Shown: piece after piece, positions 30,176 to 40,537 of the stretch | Numbering within the stretch: the stretch's first letter is position 1 | Layout of the letters: the number at the start of each line of letters is the position of its first letter | Assembly (NCBI GenBank): GCA_041690595.1 | Contig: JAWLHB010000005.1 | Span: forward strand, 1-64,000 | DNA length: 64,000 nt | Direction: 5' to 3' | DNA from: Lentisphaeria bacterium | Lineage (GTDB): Bacteria; Verrucomicrobiota; Lentisphaeria; JABSQK01; JAWLHB01 | The notes under the pieces: generated by a model | Told to the model about the DNA's origin: nothing | What the model saw: only the letters and a program-made list of their open reading frames with translations | The model's database searches: none | Position numbers and translations under genes: made by a program

Positions 30176-31692
30176 CTACTTGCCCCCTCATCCGAGTCTG
30201 CCCCGGAACGCAAGGAACGGAACAGCTCCTTGCCCCTGGCGGTCAAGCGGTACTTCTGCTTGGGGCTGCGTGGCTTCTCAGGGATGGTCCTCTCGATGAG
30301 GCCCAACTCAAGGGCTGGATCGAGGTAAGCTTCCCGGAAATGCCCCTCGTGGCTCAGTTCGAGAGCAGCCTGAATCTCTACCCGCTTCATCGGTTGAGCA
30401 CACGTAGCCACGAGCTGTCGAACTTGCTCGGTAACTTCCTCGGTGACTTCCCCGGTGACTCCCCCGGTAACTTCCTCGGTAGCTTCCTCGGTAACTTCCT
30501 CGGTGACTTCCCCGGTAAGAGCTGATCCCTCGGGAGCGTAGAAGGTCAAGGTGACGCCCAGCGCAGGGTCGGATTTCCACTCCGGTGCAGGAATGCCGTG
30601 CTTGGCGCACAGGTCCCGTATGAGGAGGCTGCCGCGCCCAACCTTCTCCATCATTCCGTGCAGATATAAGACGTGAGCGATGTCGGGGTTGCGCAACACA
30701 GAGATGTGGCCTTCAGCCAACTTCTCAACGGTAACGCCCTCGGGGAGGCCGCCGGAATTCCGGATCTCCAGCCGCCTGGGGTAGATGTGCACGGCTATGC
30801 CGCCTTTGTAGTCGGCGTAGTCGCGATGCGCGAACGCGTTCACAAGCCCCTCGTCGATGGCGTCAGCCGGATAGAGTGGTTCGTTGCGTCTGTCTTGTTC
30901 GCCCTCGACAAAACGAGCGCGCGAAGCAGTATTGCGGAGCACAAACCGGTACACTTCCCGCTGCACGGAAACGAGGGGGCCGCTGAAGGACTTCATGTCT
31001 CGATACGTAGCGTCCGTCTCATCGGTCGTGAAGCAAACTGCTCGAACTCGCAACTGGGGGTGTCGCGCTTCTGGTTCGGATGTAAACAAGGCGTCCCCGC
31101 CGTTTGTCAGGCGACCGTACTTGACCACATCCAGATCCTGCAGTACCGCCTGCTTGTCGCCTTCGTTGCGGAAGACCATCCGCGCGTTGTCATTGACGGC
31201 AGCGACGACTGCAGACAGGGCATCGCCGTCCAGGTCGCCATCAATGCTGGCTGTTGAAAAGCGTCGTTCCCAACGCTCGGGTTCGGTCTGACGACGAAGA
31301 ACCATGTCTCTGATCGTGTCAATATCCGCCTTCACGGTGCGTGCCGCCTCGCGGATGTAGATCTGGTCCCGGAACGCATAGGGGACATCCATCCCCGCCG
31401 GGACCTCGACGACGATTACCTGCTTCCCCTCGACCTCGTGAAGTTCAACCGAAGCCAGGGCCTTGGGTGAAAGACCCTCCGCGAGTTTGCGCTCGAAGCC
31501 TGGGATTCCCCCGGCGGGACTGCTCCCGACGATCTCCCCTCCATCATCTACTCCGCAGATGACGTACCCCCCGCTTGTATTGAGGAAGGCGCAAACTTCC
31601 CGCCCCACGGTATCCACTCGGCAGTTTGTCTTGAGCTCAATCGTCTGGTCTTCGCCCAGTCGGAGCAGCTCGGCAAGTTCACTTGGGTTCAT
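30172..31692 (-). CDS. Schlafen/AlbA_2 domain + HATPase_c_4 + C-terminal HTH protein
   Basis: GEDQTIELK, CAFLNTSGG...GVDD.G, EGLVNAFAHRDY, RNPDIA..GRG, RTIPEKPRSPKQKYRLT. Confidence 0.85.
   Translation of the reverse strand: MNPSELAELLRLGEDQTIELKTNCRVDTVGREVCAFLNTSGGYVICGVDDGGEIVGSSPAGGIPGFERKLAEGLSPKALASVELHEVEGKQVIVVEVPAGMDVPYAFRDQIYIREAARTVKADIDTIRDMVLRRQTEPERWERRFSTASIDGDLDGDALSAVVAAVNDNARMVFRNEGDKQAVLQDLDVVKYGRLTNGGDALFTSEPEARHPQLRVRAVCFTTDETDATYRDMKSFSGPLVSVQREVYRFVLRNTASRARFVEGEQDRRNEPLYPADAIDEGLVNAFAHRDYADYKGGIAVHIYPRRLEIRNSGGLPEGVTVEKLAEGHISVLRNPDIAHVLYLHGMMEKVGRGSLLIRDLCAKHGIPAPEWKSDPALGVTLTFYAPEGSALTGEVTEEVTEEATEEVTGGVTGEVTEEVTEQVRQLVATCAQPMKRVEIQAALELSHEGHFREAYLDPALELGLIERTIPEKPRSPKQKYRLTARGKELFRSLRSGADSDEGASR
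30421..30516. repeat. 12-bp tandem repeat, 8 imperfect copies, encoding T(E/G)(E/G/Q)(V/A) units
   Basis: Units such as aacttcctcggt and gacttccccggt counted directly. Confidence 0.9.
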
Positions 31693-32342
31693 GATTGTGC
31701 TCCTTCGTTATCGGCGGGCGGGATGGACGCTCGTACCGCACCTTCATCTGCCAGGTTTTCCTGAACAAATCGTTCGACCTCCTGGTATCTGGAAAACTGG
31801 GCCGTCGCGTAGAGGGCTGCATCCTCCGTCGATCTGTATTTCTGCACCCAGTTGCCCTTCCTCTCACGTATGGGCCTGTCTGCAAGGGTGGCCGCCTCGT
31901 ACATGTCAATGACCCGGAGGTCGTTGATCACCGCGTTCTTATTGAGCTGCAATGCACGCCTGGACTCCGCATCACCGTGCCCCAGATTCATCAACAGAGA
32001 GCGGGCGAACACCACGTCGCTGTGAGACAATACCCACCGAGGCTTCTTGAGCTCTATAGCTCGCAGCATCTCTCGATGCGTAATAGAAAGCTCGTCCTTA
32101 GCTTCCTTGCCGCTGCCGTAGTGCGGCGTGATCAACCCGAGGAAGAGGTCACACTTCTCCACAGCTGCCAGGCAATTCTCGAACGCGGTTCGATTGGAGA
32201 ACACTGGAACGGTGCCCTTGTGGGACATCCACACTTCGTAGCCGAAGGCAGTCAGCAATGCATAGACGCGATCCAGCAGCTCCTCAATCCCATACACCGA
32301 GGAGGAAACCATGACCACGAGTTTCGTCTTCTTAGCCATCAC
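31689..32342 (-). CDS. DUF4062 (TIR/SLOG-like nucleotide-related) domain protein
   Basis: VMVSSSV, NCLAAVEKCDLFLGLI..HYGS, SITHREM..A. Confidence 0.8.
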   Translation of the reverse strand: MMAKKTKLVVMVSSSVYGIEELLDRVYALLTAFGYEVWMSHKGTVPVFSNRTAFENCLAAVEKCDLFLGLITPHYGSGKEAKDELSITHREMLRAIELKKPRWVLSHSDVVFARSLLMNLGHGDAESRRALQLNKNAVINDLRVIDMYEAATLADRPIRERKGNWVQKYRSTEDAALYATAQFSRYQEVERFVQENLADEGAVRASIPPADNEGAQS

Positions 32343-33745
32343 GCGTCCTCCCCTTCGCTGGCCGGAAGCATTCCCGCATCCTGTAGGCGGCCTAAGATGT
32401 CACTGTAGTCGATACCGGTGAATTTCTTGGCCTGCAGATCCCGTATCTTCTCAACGAACGCCACCCAGTGGTCCGAGCATTCCTCACGTATGCGCTCAGT
32501 CCTGTCGAAGAGCTGGACCAAGATCTCCGGCATGCCACCGGCATCGTAGGCTTGGCCATTCCCGGTGACGGCTTCAAGTATCTCGCGAACGTTGTCTGGA
32601 CTCAGGATTGCGGAGATTGGCAGAATCTGCGTCTCGTAGTACTTCTCGGCCCCCCTGTACGAACGTACCCCCTTGGCTCCCTCAATGAGTTTGGGAACAA
32701 GCCCGCGCAACTTCGGCAGCAGCTTGGCCACGTTGAGCAGCTTCGACAATGACTCGCTGTCCAAGGCGGCGGTACGTGTCCTTGCGGTCTCCTCGAGATC
32801 AGAGACGCACAATGCGGGGACGATGGCATTGAGAAGGGCGGAGCCTTCCAGTTTGTCCGACTCAAGCAGACGTTTGGCCTTTGCGCGAGCCCCGTCGTCT
32901 GCGGCTTCCCACGTAAGGGGGCAACGCCAGGCAAGATGGATGAAGTGGACCAGCCGGTCGTCAGGAACGGTACTCAGAATCTTCGGAAGCTCGCCCTTCA
33001 GGACTTCCTCTGCTCGGGATCGGTGCAGCTCGACGACCGCGCCCAACGCCGCTGCTACCCGGCGCTTTTCCTCGCCCTTCAGCTCCTCATCAAGAAGAAA
33101 CGCCTTCGAAAGACCGAGAACGAGACTCCGCACGAGTGAGTCCCTGGCACGCGAAAGGGCAAGAGGCCCGCTCCCGAAATGAGCGACGGCCTCCTCTGTG
33201 CTCGTGGGGAAATACTCGGACTTGATCTCGGCCCAGATGCGAGCCAAGGCAGCCTTCCCCTGCACTGGTTCGCGAGCCAGCAGGATCTCGACTGCGTTGC
33301 GGATGTGTGAGCGCGCCAGTTCGGCCGTAGGTTCGTAAACCGTGTCCATGGCCTGCATGCTGGGATGTGCGCAGCGGTTTCGATCCTCCTGGAGCCGGGC
33401 CAAGTCCAGCTTCTCATTGGGTGTGAGCAACTCGAAATCGCTCGCAGCTACGTCAAGAATGCCGCGCTCGAAATCAAGGGCCTCCTTGAGTTTGCTTTCC
33501 CCTCCCGCGACGATCTTCTCAAAGTCATCCAGGTGTTTCCTTGCGTTCTTGTCGCCCGTCAGGTCGAGTTCTCTGAGCTTGTGCAGGATGTCGAATACCA
33601 CTGCGATCCATGCCGCGACGATAGCGGAACGGAAAGCCCCCGATTTGTAGCAAGCGACCGCCTCACGTATGTACTCGCGGGCCTTCTCATCCCTGCAGCA
33701 AAGGACGAGTTCGTCAAGATCGACCATTCTTCCTGCTATGCCCAT
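32339..33745 (-). CDS. HEPN-like domain protein with helical C-terminus, putative RNase toxin
   Basis: YIREAVACY..GAFRSAIV..W and the R-x4-H motif RNRCAH; GGAGG RBS before ATG 33745. Confidence 0.7.
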   Translation of the reverse strand: MGIAGRMVDLDELVLCCRDEKAREYIREAVACYKSGAFRSAIVAAWIAVVFDILHKLRELDLTGDKNARKHLDDFEKIVAGGESKLKEALDFERGILDVAASDFELLTPNEKLDLARLQEDRNRCAHPSMQAMDTVYEPTAELARSHIRNAVEILLAREPVQGKAALARIWAEIKSEYFPTSTEEAVAHFGSGPLALSRARDSLVRSLVLGLSKAFLLDEELKGEEKRRVAAALGAVVELHRSRAEEVLKGELPKILSTVPDDRLVHFIHLAWRCPLTWEAADDGARAKAKRLLESDKLEGSALLNAIVPALCVSDLEETARTRTAALDSESLSKLLNVAKLLPKLRGLVPKLIEGAKGVRSYRGAEKYYETQILPISAILSPDNVREILEAVTGNGQAYDAGGMPEILVQLFDRTERIREECSDHWVAFVEKIRDLQAKKFTGIDYSDILGRLQDAGMLPASEGEDA

Positions 33746-33848
33746 GACCGATTCGCCTCCGGAATCACACGTCTTTCGTCGCCGCAATAGGCCATCGCTT
33801 TTCTGCAGTGCCGCGAAGCCGCAAGTTGTTGTGGGAGCAACTTCAACC

Positions 33849-36449
33849 TCAGCGCCCCCCCAATTCCGACAACTTGCGGGCGCAAGCCTTGGCCATAATG
33901 GCATTCGGAGTCAGGCCGTTTGTCACATAGGCCTCCTTGGCCTCTGCACGCCACGCCAGATCACCCGAGCCCGGGAAAGCCCGACACAAGTGCCGAATGA
34001 CCGTCAGGGCGTTACCCGCCCAGTCCCGAAAGTCGTCAACGCTCCAGAAATGGACACCGACAGCAAGGGGTATTGCGCTTGTTTCGAGTCGTTCCACAGG
34101 GGAGACAATCACCGGCGCAAAAGACACGCCCGCCAGGCCTTCCTTGGACTTCAGCCACTCGGGATGTCCTTTTGCCTGCCGGACTTTGCTCGTGCTGATG
34201 ACTGGGTCCGACGACGTGCAGTCTGTGTAGTCCTCGAAGACGATTCCGCGCTCACCATCCAGGACCCACCAAGGGTCTGGGCCGCTGTCCTCGTTGGTAT
34301 TGTCAGCCGGGTAACCCAGCAGGCTTCCCAGAAGTACCTGTGCTCTCTCAAATCCAGTTGCAGTTGTCTGATTCAAGCCTTTCAGAATCTCCTTCACGCG
34401 ACGCTCAAAGCGGCCGCTGTGCACGGTGCCAAGATCCTCAAGCTCCCGTTCCAGATGCTCTATGGCGGCATCGAGCCCCGCGTTGGCTTCGTCACTGGCC
34501 CCGCCATCTGGTTGCCCAAGGCGAGACAGTTTGTGTAGCCAAGGCAATCCCGCGGCGGACGCCTGAGATGCCCGGGAGAAACACTCGCGGGCCTGCGCTT
34601 CCAATGCACCGGCTCCCACCGCAGCAGCAAGCCAGGCAGCGCTTCCGGCAAGGTAGTTCCAGAAAGCCCTATAACCCCTCAGATCATCGCCAGATAGATG
34701 CGCAAGCACATCCTTACAGGCAGCGTATGCACCAGCGTAGTCGCCCTGCCACATGGCGTACTGGTAGGACACCTCTTCGGGGACGGCGGCCACGAATCGC
34801 TCCACACAAGGAAGGTCTTGGCGATCAAGCTCGTCGCGCTCGGCAACGATCACCTCATCGGCCTCATCCCACTGTTCTCCGTGGTCCAGGAATATCTCCA
34901 GGTTCTTCAGAAAGTCGGGAGTGCTGCGCTCTTTAGACTCTTCGATGCCGAACGCCAGCTCTGCCTGAAGCTCTGGATGCATGTACTGGCGCTTGTCTCC
35001 CTGAAGGAGGAACTTGCTCAGCTCCTCCCCGACGATCACCACCGCCGCGTAGTCCGTAGCAGAACGCGTGCATCTGCCCGTCGCCTGGACGATGCGAGTC
35101 AGGATTCTGTCGTTGTAGAGAATCGACCCGCCCATGCGTGATATCAGGAAACTCTCCTGGAGGTGGGTGGCTCGGGGGAGTCCCCAAGCCACCAGCAACC
35201 GACACTCGTCCCCAACCAGGTCGATGCCGTCATAGCGATTCGCGATCACTGCCACGGCTCTGTCGGTTTCCACAAACGGCTTCTTCGATGCCTCGATCTC
35301 GTGGGCGCTGAACAGCCGCACACCCGGCAAAGCGTCGCTGATCTCCTCCCTGACCTGGTTTGCCTGCCATTCACTGGGCGTCAGCACAAGCCCGCGCCCA
35401 GTCCGATCAATCATCTGTGTGACCAAGTCCATCGAATCATCTTCGTCAAGTGACCGTGTGGGGAAGAAGAACAGCCTGCGCCCTACGCCCTGTCTTTCCC
35501 AACCCTCGGGCGCGGGTATCCGCGTCAGCGAACGTTTGCCGACCAAACGCTCGAGTTCGCCACCCTCGCCAAGGGTGGCTGACATGTAGACGCGCTGGTT
35601 GGCTCCGGCGAAGGGGCGATGCGATTCCGTCGGGGGCAGCAGCGGACGGATGAGAAAGCCTTCACAGTTGAGGTAGATATGGCATGCGAGCAGGTGGTCA
35701 CGCAGCACACTCCAGCGGTAGGCGAGATCAGAATCACCCGGGATATGCGTTTCAAGGATCTGGAAAAGCTCCCCGTGAAGTTGATGCAGCGCAGGGGTGG
35801 GCAGCTTGTCAACCCAAAGGGCGTCCATTGGGCTTCGTTCGTCCCGGCTTAGGCGCGCGAAATCCGAGACCGAAACGTGGTCCTTGATCGCTGACAGCAA
35901 CACGCCATACAACGTCTCCTGGTCTGATGATCTGCGATCAATGCGCAGTGACCAGAAATCCGCGATGTAATTCTCCGCCGCATGTGCATCGTCCAGAACG
36001 ATGGTCTGGGCGTTATCGAAGAACGGGTTGGTATTGAAGACGCCGCTGTAGGTCGTGACCGCGATGGCCTCCGCAGTCTGGTACTCGGTCTTGGCATTCG
36101 TATCGTAGTCGCGCTGTGGGCCGGTCATGGCGTGAGTCCGAAGGCCGTACTTCTCGGATGCCTGCTCGACTACCTGATTGACCAGTTGCTTTGTGGGACA
36201 AAGGAAGATGCTTCTCTCCCGGAACTTGCGCCGCCGCCATTCCGCGATCAGAAGTCCGACCAGCGTTTTTCCGCTGCCCGTTGGCATTTGGAGCGCGACA
36301 TCCGACTCGTCTACATGCTCCATGTAGGTCCGAAGCATGTCGGCCTGCTGGGAGAGCAGGCCTTCGACTTTGCGGTTCCTGAGGTCGCGGAACAGCGCCT
36401 CGGGTGTATCTGGAGCGCTTCCGCCTCGTCTTGTTAATCGAAATCCCAT
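33849..36449 (-). CDS. SF2 helicase with C-terminal PD-(D/E)xK-like domain (Hna-like defence protein)
   Basis: PTGSGKT, DDAH, MSAT, RYDGIDL, QATGRCTR; C-terminal FE....LG..LG...PDPWW....FED. Confidence 0.75.
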   Translation of the reverse strand: MGFRLTRRGGSAPDTPEALFRDLRNRKVEGLLSQQADMLRTYMEHVDESDVALQMPTGSGKTLVGLLIAEWRRRKFRERSIFLCPTKQLVNQVVEQASEKYGLRTHAMTGPQRDYDTNAKTEYQTAEAIAVTTYSGVFNTNPFFDNAQTIVLDDAHAAENYIADFWSLRIDRRSSDQETLYGVLLSAIKDHVSVSDFARLSRDERSPMDALWVDKLPTPALHQLHGELFQILETHIPGDSDLAYRWSVLRDHLLACHIYLNCEGFLIRPLLPPTESHRPFAGANQRVYMSATLGEGGELERLVGKRSLTRIPAPEGWERQGVGRRLFFFPTRSLDEDDSMDLVTQMIDRTGRGLVLTPSEWQANQVREEISDALPGVRLFSAHEIEASKKPFVETDRAVAVIANRYDGIDLVGDECRLLVAWGLPRATHLQESFLISRMGGSILYNDRILTRIVQATGRCTRSATDYAAVVIVGEELSKFLLQGDKRQYMHPELQAELAFGIEESKERSTPDFLKNLEIFLDHGEQWDEADEVIVAERDELDRQDLPCVERFVAAVPEEVSYQYAMWQGDYAGAYAACKDVLAHLSGDDLRGYRAFWNYLAGSAAWLAAAVGAGALEAQARECFSRASQASAAGLPWLHKLSRLGQPDGGASDEANAGLDAAIEHLERELEDLGTVHSGRFERRVKEILKGLNQTTATGFERAQVLLGSLLGYPADNTNEDSGPDPWWVLDGERGIVFEDYTDCTSSDPVISTSKVRQAKGHPEWLKSKEGLAGVSFAPVIVSPVERLETSAIPLAVGVHFWSVDDFRDWAGNALTVIRHLCRAFPGSGDLAWRAEAKEAYVTNGLTPNAIMAKACARKLSELGGR

Positions 36450-36453
36450 GCTC

Positions 36454-37791
36454 CTAATGCTCCCCTTGTATCATTGGATTGTCTGGCACGCCCACGCGCC
36501 CCGTGAGTAGGTCAGATGTGAGGCCGGACTTCAGAAGGCGAAGCTTGGAGAGCGTTGTCGCCTCTGACTCCAGTTGCGTCGAGCAACACTCGTAGAGCTC
36601 CGCACAACGTTCCTGCTCGGAAATCGGCGGTATGGGCACCAAAAGGGGGCGCAGGAATGTGAGGTTGATGTTCTTCTGGGCCGATTGGGGCGCCAGCGCA
36701 TCCAAGTGTCTTTTGGCCCTTCTTAACGACAACTCAAGCCACCTAATGCAGTTCCCATCTTTGGCGACCACACCGACAACGCTATCGGGGAAGTACATTG
36801 GGCGAGCGAGTATGGCAGTATCCCCAATGTTGGCGGCAATGGTGACTGCTATTGTGCCAGCGGGAAACTCCTTGCTTACCGATGCTCCCAAGTCACTCAG
36901 GGTCTGACTCGCGTCTGAGATTGCGTTACCGGCGGCATCCGCAATATCCCCTGTCTGTATGAACGGGTGGATACCACCGTAGTAGGGAGGATCATTGCGA
37001 GGCCGATGGGTGAACTTCCCCCTGTCCACCGCGGCAACTGACTCCAGTGTTGTGACCTCCCACTCCCTCGGGATTGGCCCCAGCAGTGACGGCTTGTAAA
37101 GCTGTGGTGCCTGATCGTGCGGGGGGCGAAGCTCGCCGTGAAGGCCGACGCCACGAGTCAGCAGATCCTGGAAAAGCCCGGCGCGGACACATTTCAGTTT
37201 GGCAACAACGGCCTCAGTCTTCGCAATCGCAGTATCCAGAGACCGGACGGTGCGACCCGCTGTCCGTTGCTCTTCAATGGATGGCAAGTGCAGCGGAACA
37301 TTCGCGATTGCGCCTGTCGAGAGGCCATATCGCGTCGTGCCATTGGCCTGCCGCCCGAAGTACCGGGCAATCCGCCAGTGTCCCAACTGTTTGGCCAGAA
37401 AAGTCGGATCGATTTCACCTTGGCTCGGGCGAATCAACGCCAAGTGGTAACCGCAAACTAAGTCGGGTGCCGTGCTGTCGATCACGGTCGGTATGCCGAT
37501 GTCATCGGGAGTCTCCGAATCCTTCGTGACGACAACATCCCCCTCCAGCAGGCCAAACTTCTCGATTTCTGTTCGGCTCGCCGTGGCTCGCATGAAGTCC
37601 ATGTCCGCCGTGACGTAGTCGTTGTTGTAGACGTCCGTGTAATTGCAGAGGCGGACAGGGCGTTCGCCGGACTCGGATTTCTTATCGACATTACTGAAAC
37701 GGATGTCGGCAACTGAGGCCAAATTTATCTCACGCCAGCCAGCGGCCAGCTGACAAGGATCGTGTTGACTGTGTTTCGTGTCAGCCGACAT
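36454..37791 (-). CDS. hsdS: Type I R-M specificity subunit
   Basis: Two TRDs with conserved repeats LPSIEEQ / IPPISEQ and GL..DLLT. Confidence 0.93.
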   Translation of the reverse strand: MSADTKHSQHDPCQLAAGWREINLASVADIRFSNVDKKSESGERPVRLCNYTDVYNNDYVTADMDFMRATASRTEIEKFGLLEGDVVVTKDSETPDDIGIPTVIDSTAPDLVCGYHLALIRPSQGEIDPTFLAKQLGHWRIARYFGRQANGTTRYGLSTGAIANVPLHLPSIEEQRTAGRTVRSLDTAIAKTEAVVAKLKCVRAGLFQDLLTRGVGLHGELRPPHDQAPQLYKPSLLGPIPREWEVTTLESVAAVDRGKFTHRPRNDPPYYGGIHPFIQTGDIADAAGNAISDASQTLSDLGASVSKEFPAGTIAVTIAANIGDTAILARPMYFPDSVVGVVAKDGNCIRWLELSLRRAKRHLDALAPQSAQKNINLTFLRPLLVPIPPISEQERCAELYECCSTQLESEATTLSKLRLLKSGLTSDLLTGRVGVPDNPMIQGEH

Positions 37792-40438
37792 ACCTGAGCC
37801 CTTTCATGACTGTCGTGAGACCTTGCATCAATGCGTCGCGTTCACTGGTGAGCTGCGTCAGTGGTGCCTTGTACTTGCTCCAGAGACTCTCCGTGAACCG
37901 CACGAGTGCTTCTTCTCTGGCGGCGACGGCTACGTTGAGCCCTGCCCGGATGTCCTGCACGAACAGCTCGAGCACGGTTGCCTTCTTCTCGTCTTCGGTC
38001 ATCCCCCCACAGCGCAGCTTGAGTTCTGTGACGAAGTACCCAATCAACTCGCGGTAGCGGGCCCGCGAATCAGAGAGGTCGCTCTTGATCTGCTCGTAGG
38101 GGGCCAGTTCTGCCTCAAGTGTTTCAAGCTGAACCAGCACAGGGCGAAGATCTGCTTCCGCAACCTGGAACGCGCGTCGGTCATCGTCGGTTGCTTTCTT
38201 CTTGGACGCCGCACGCTCGAGCTTCTTCAGTTCCCGCAGTTCAGACCGATTGTCTCGTTTCAGCTCCTTGGTTTGGCCGTCCAGATCCTTGGCGTAATTC
38301 CAGGAACTCAGTTCCTCCTCGTCTGCATCGTCGGGTGGGTTGGATTGCTCGAACTCCTCCTTTTCGCCCTTCAGCCGGGCAATGTCCGCCTTGGCATCAT
38401 CGATCTGCTGAAGGTAGTCCGGCATGATCCGGAGCACGAGCTTGTGGGCGAATGGGTCAAACGCGGGGCCCACGTTGTCCTCGTCCTCGACCGCATCGGC
38501 AATCGCATCGACCCAGCCATCGATAACCCCGGCGAATCCATTCTCGATCAAGGTTTTGAAATCAGCCAGGGCATCTGTCCACCAGGTAGCGACCACTCCA
38601 GCCAGCTTGAATCGATCCAGCACGCCCAGAGGCAGGAGGGCCTGCGTAAAACTGGTCAGCATGTCGGCCCGGGCCGTATTCAGGTCGCGCCCACCGCCGG
38701 GAAGCTCTGCAACACGGGCAGCATGCTCGTTCCACCATGTCATCAGCGTTTCGCCCAAGGCTTCCCGCCGGGCCTTCACACCGTCGTCCTCGGCGATCAT
38801 GGCGGCGATGGCGGTCCGATCGGCCAGCTCTGGAGCGAAGTCGTAATAGCCAGGATCGTCTGCGCGATGCACGAAGGCCCGCTCAGGATCGAATCCGACG
38901 GCCTCAAAGAGATCCTGCTTGGCTGCGATCTCCGCAGTGGGCACTCCCCCCACCAGGTGAGCCCGTACATCGTGAGGTTCCGGCGGCGGGGAATTGTCCA
39001 CATAGCGCCGGACGTTCAGGTTGAAGTCGTTCGTGCCGTCAGCGATTTCGTCCAGCGACACACGGCGGGCATAGCCCGGAATGTCCTGATAGCGTTCGAA
39101 GGTAGAGGCAATTTTCTCGATGTGCTCCGGCAGGAGGTAGTTCTGAGCCCGACCGTCGAAATACTCGGCATCGGCGTTGATGAACAGGACATGGCCCTGC
39201 CTCTCGGCGGGCTTGTTCGGATTGGGGAAGCGGGTCAGTAGATTGGGGCGCATGACCAGGAGGCATGCCGGTATGCCCGCCCCGTAGAAAAGGTTCGGCG
39301 GGAGACTGATAACAGCCTCGATGAGGTCCTCCTTCAGGAACTTCGTGCGGATTTCCTTCTCTGCCCCGCCCCTGAACAGGACGCCGTGCGGCATGACCGT
39401 GCAGACCATGCCCCGGTCCTTACACACCGCCAGCATGTGCTGGGCGAACATAAGGTCGCCCTTCTTGCCACTGGTCGGGCACCAACCCCAGCGAAAACGT
39501 TCCTTGAATTCCATACCATCGCCGCGCGAGTAATTCTGGCTGAAAGGGGGATTGGCGATAACTCGGTCAAAGCGTTCCAGTTCGCCCGCTTCCCGGTGCA
39601 TCGGGTGCAGCAACGTGTCCTGGAGCTGGATGTCCGCGCCCCGGATGCCGTGCAACAGCATGTTGAGGCGACAGATCGACCAGGCCGACGGATCGATGAC
39701 TTGTCCGCACATCCGCAGATTCGTCGCATCGCCGCCCGACTGCTCAACGTATTCCCTGGTGATGATCAGCATGCCGCCCGAGCCACACGTGGGGTCGTAT
39801 ACACTCATTCCGGACTTGGGATCGAGCATACGAACCATCAGCCGGATGACGTCGCGAGGAGTGTAGAAGTCGCCCCCCTTCTTGCCTGCCGACTCCGCGA
39901 ACATGTTGATCAGGTATTCGTAGGCCGAGCCAAGCAAATCGGAGAACTGGAAGTCCTCGTTCCGCAGCCGGTAGCGCCCGAAGTGGCGAACGAGTTCCCG
40001 GCAGGCTTCATCCGACACAACGCGCTTGTTGCCCTGCGTACGCATGAAGCTGATGTGGTCGAGTACGTGCTGCAGCGATTCGTTGCTCTCGCTCAGACCG
40101 CCAAGCGCCTTGTCCAGGACAGCTCCGTACGGTTCAGCGCTGTCGTTGAGATGCTCCTGGAGATATGGCCAACGGGCCCGTTCTGGCACAAAGAACGTGT
40201 CGAAGAAATCCGGGTTCTCGCCATACTCCGTCTCGGCCGCTTCCTGGACGACGCCCTGAGCGACCTTCCGGCCGACGACAGACTCCCGCTCAGCAGCAAA
40301 CACGTCGGAGCACCGTTTCAGAAACAGCAAGCCGAAGATGTAATCCTTGTATGTCGCGGCATCCATCCCTTCGCGGCGCAGGATGTCCGCCGCCCCGTAC
40401 AGGTGCCGTTCAAGTTTGGCTAATGAGAGTCTTGCCAT
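37781..40438 (-). CDS. hsdM: Type I R-M N6-adenine methyltransferase with long C-terminal extension
   Basis: AADILR, GDFYTPR, YDPTCGSGGML, ANPPFS, PHGVLFRG. Confidence 0.96.
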   Translation of the reverse strand: MARLSLAKLERHLYGAADILRREGMDAATYKDYIFGLLFLKRCSDVFAAERESVVGRKVAQGVVQEAAETEYGENPDFFDTFFVPERARWPYLQEHLNDSAEPYGAVLDKALGGLSESNESLQHVLDHISFMRTQGNKRVVSDEACRELVRHFGRYRLRNEDFQFSDLLGSAYEYLINMFAESAGKKGGDFYTPRDVIRLMVRMLDPKSGMSVYDPTCGSGGMLIITREYVEQSGGDATNLRMCGQVIDPSAWSICRLNMLLHGIRGADIQLQDTLLHPMHREAGELERFDRVIANPPFSQNYSRGDGMEFKERFRWGWCPTSGKKGDLMFAQHMLAVCKDRGMVCTVMPHGVLFRGGAEKEIRTKFLKEDLIEAVISLPPNLFYGAGIPACLLVMRPNLLTRFPNPNKPAERQGHVLFINADAEYFDGRAQNYLLPEHIEKIASTFERYQDIPGYARRVSLDEIADGTNDFNLNVRRYVDNSPPPEPHDVRAHLVGGVPTAEIAAKQDLFEAVGFDPERAFVHRADDPGYYDFAPELADRTAIAAMIAEDDGVKARREALGETLMTWWNEHAARVAELPGGGRDLNTARADMLTSFTQALLPLGVLDRFKLAGVVATWWTDALADFKTLIENGFAGVIDGWVDAIADAVEDEDNVGPAFDPFAHKLVLRIMPDYLQQIDDAKADIARLKGEKEEFEQSNPPDDADEEELSSWNYAKDLDGQTKELKRDNRSELRELKKLERAASKKKATDDDRRAFQVAEADLRPVLVQLETLEAELAPYEQIKSDLSDSRARYRELIGYFVTELKLRCGGMTEDEKKATVLELFVQDIRAGLNVAVAAREEALVRFTESLWSKYKAPLTQLTSERDALMQGLTTVMKGLRYVG

Positions 40439-40537
40439 TGCTTACCTTGTCTCGTCCATAAGTTCTTCTCGTTCGAGCGCCTGCCCGCTAACACGCGCCA
40501 CAGCCACTCCGGGAGCGCAACGGTGTGGCGTTCCCCG

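Noticed and set aside
30421..30516. CRISPR array
   Set aside because: 12-bp head-to-tail units with no spacers, inside a CDS; no cas genes.
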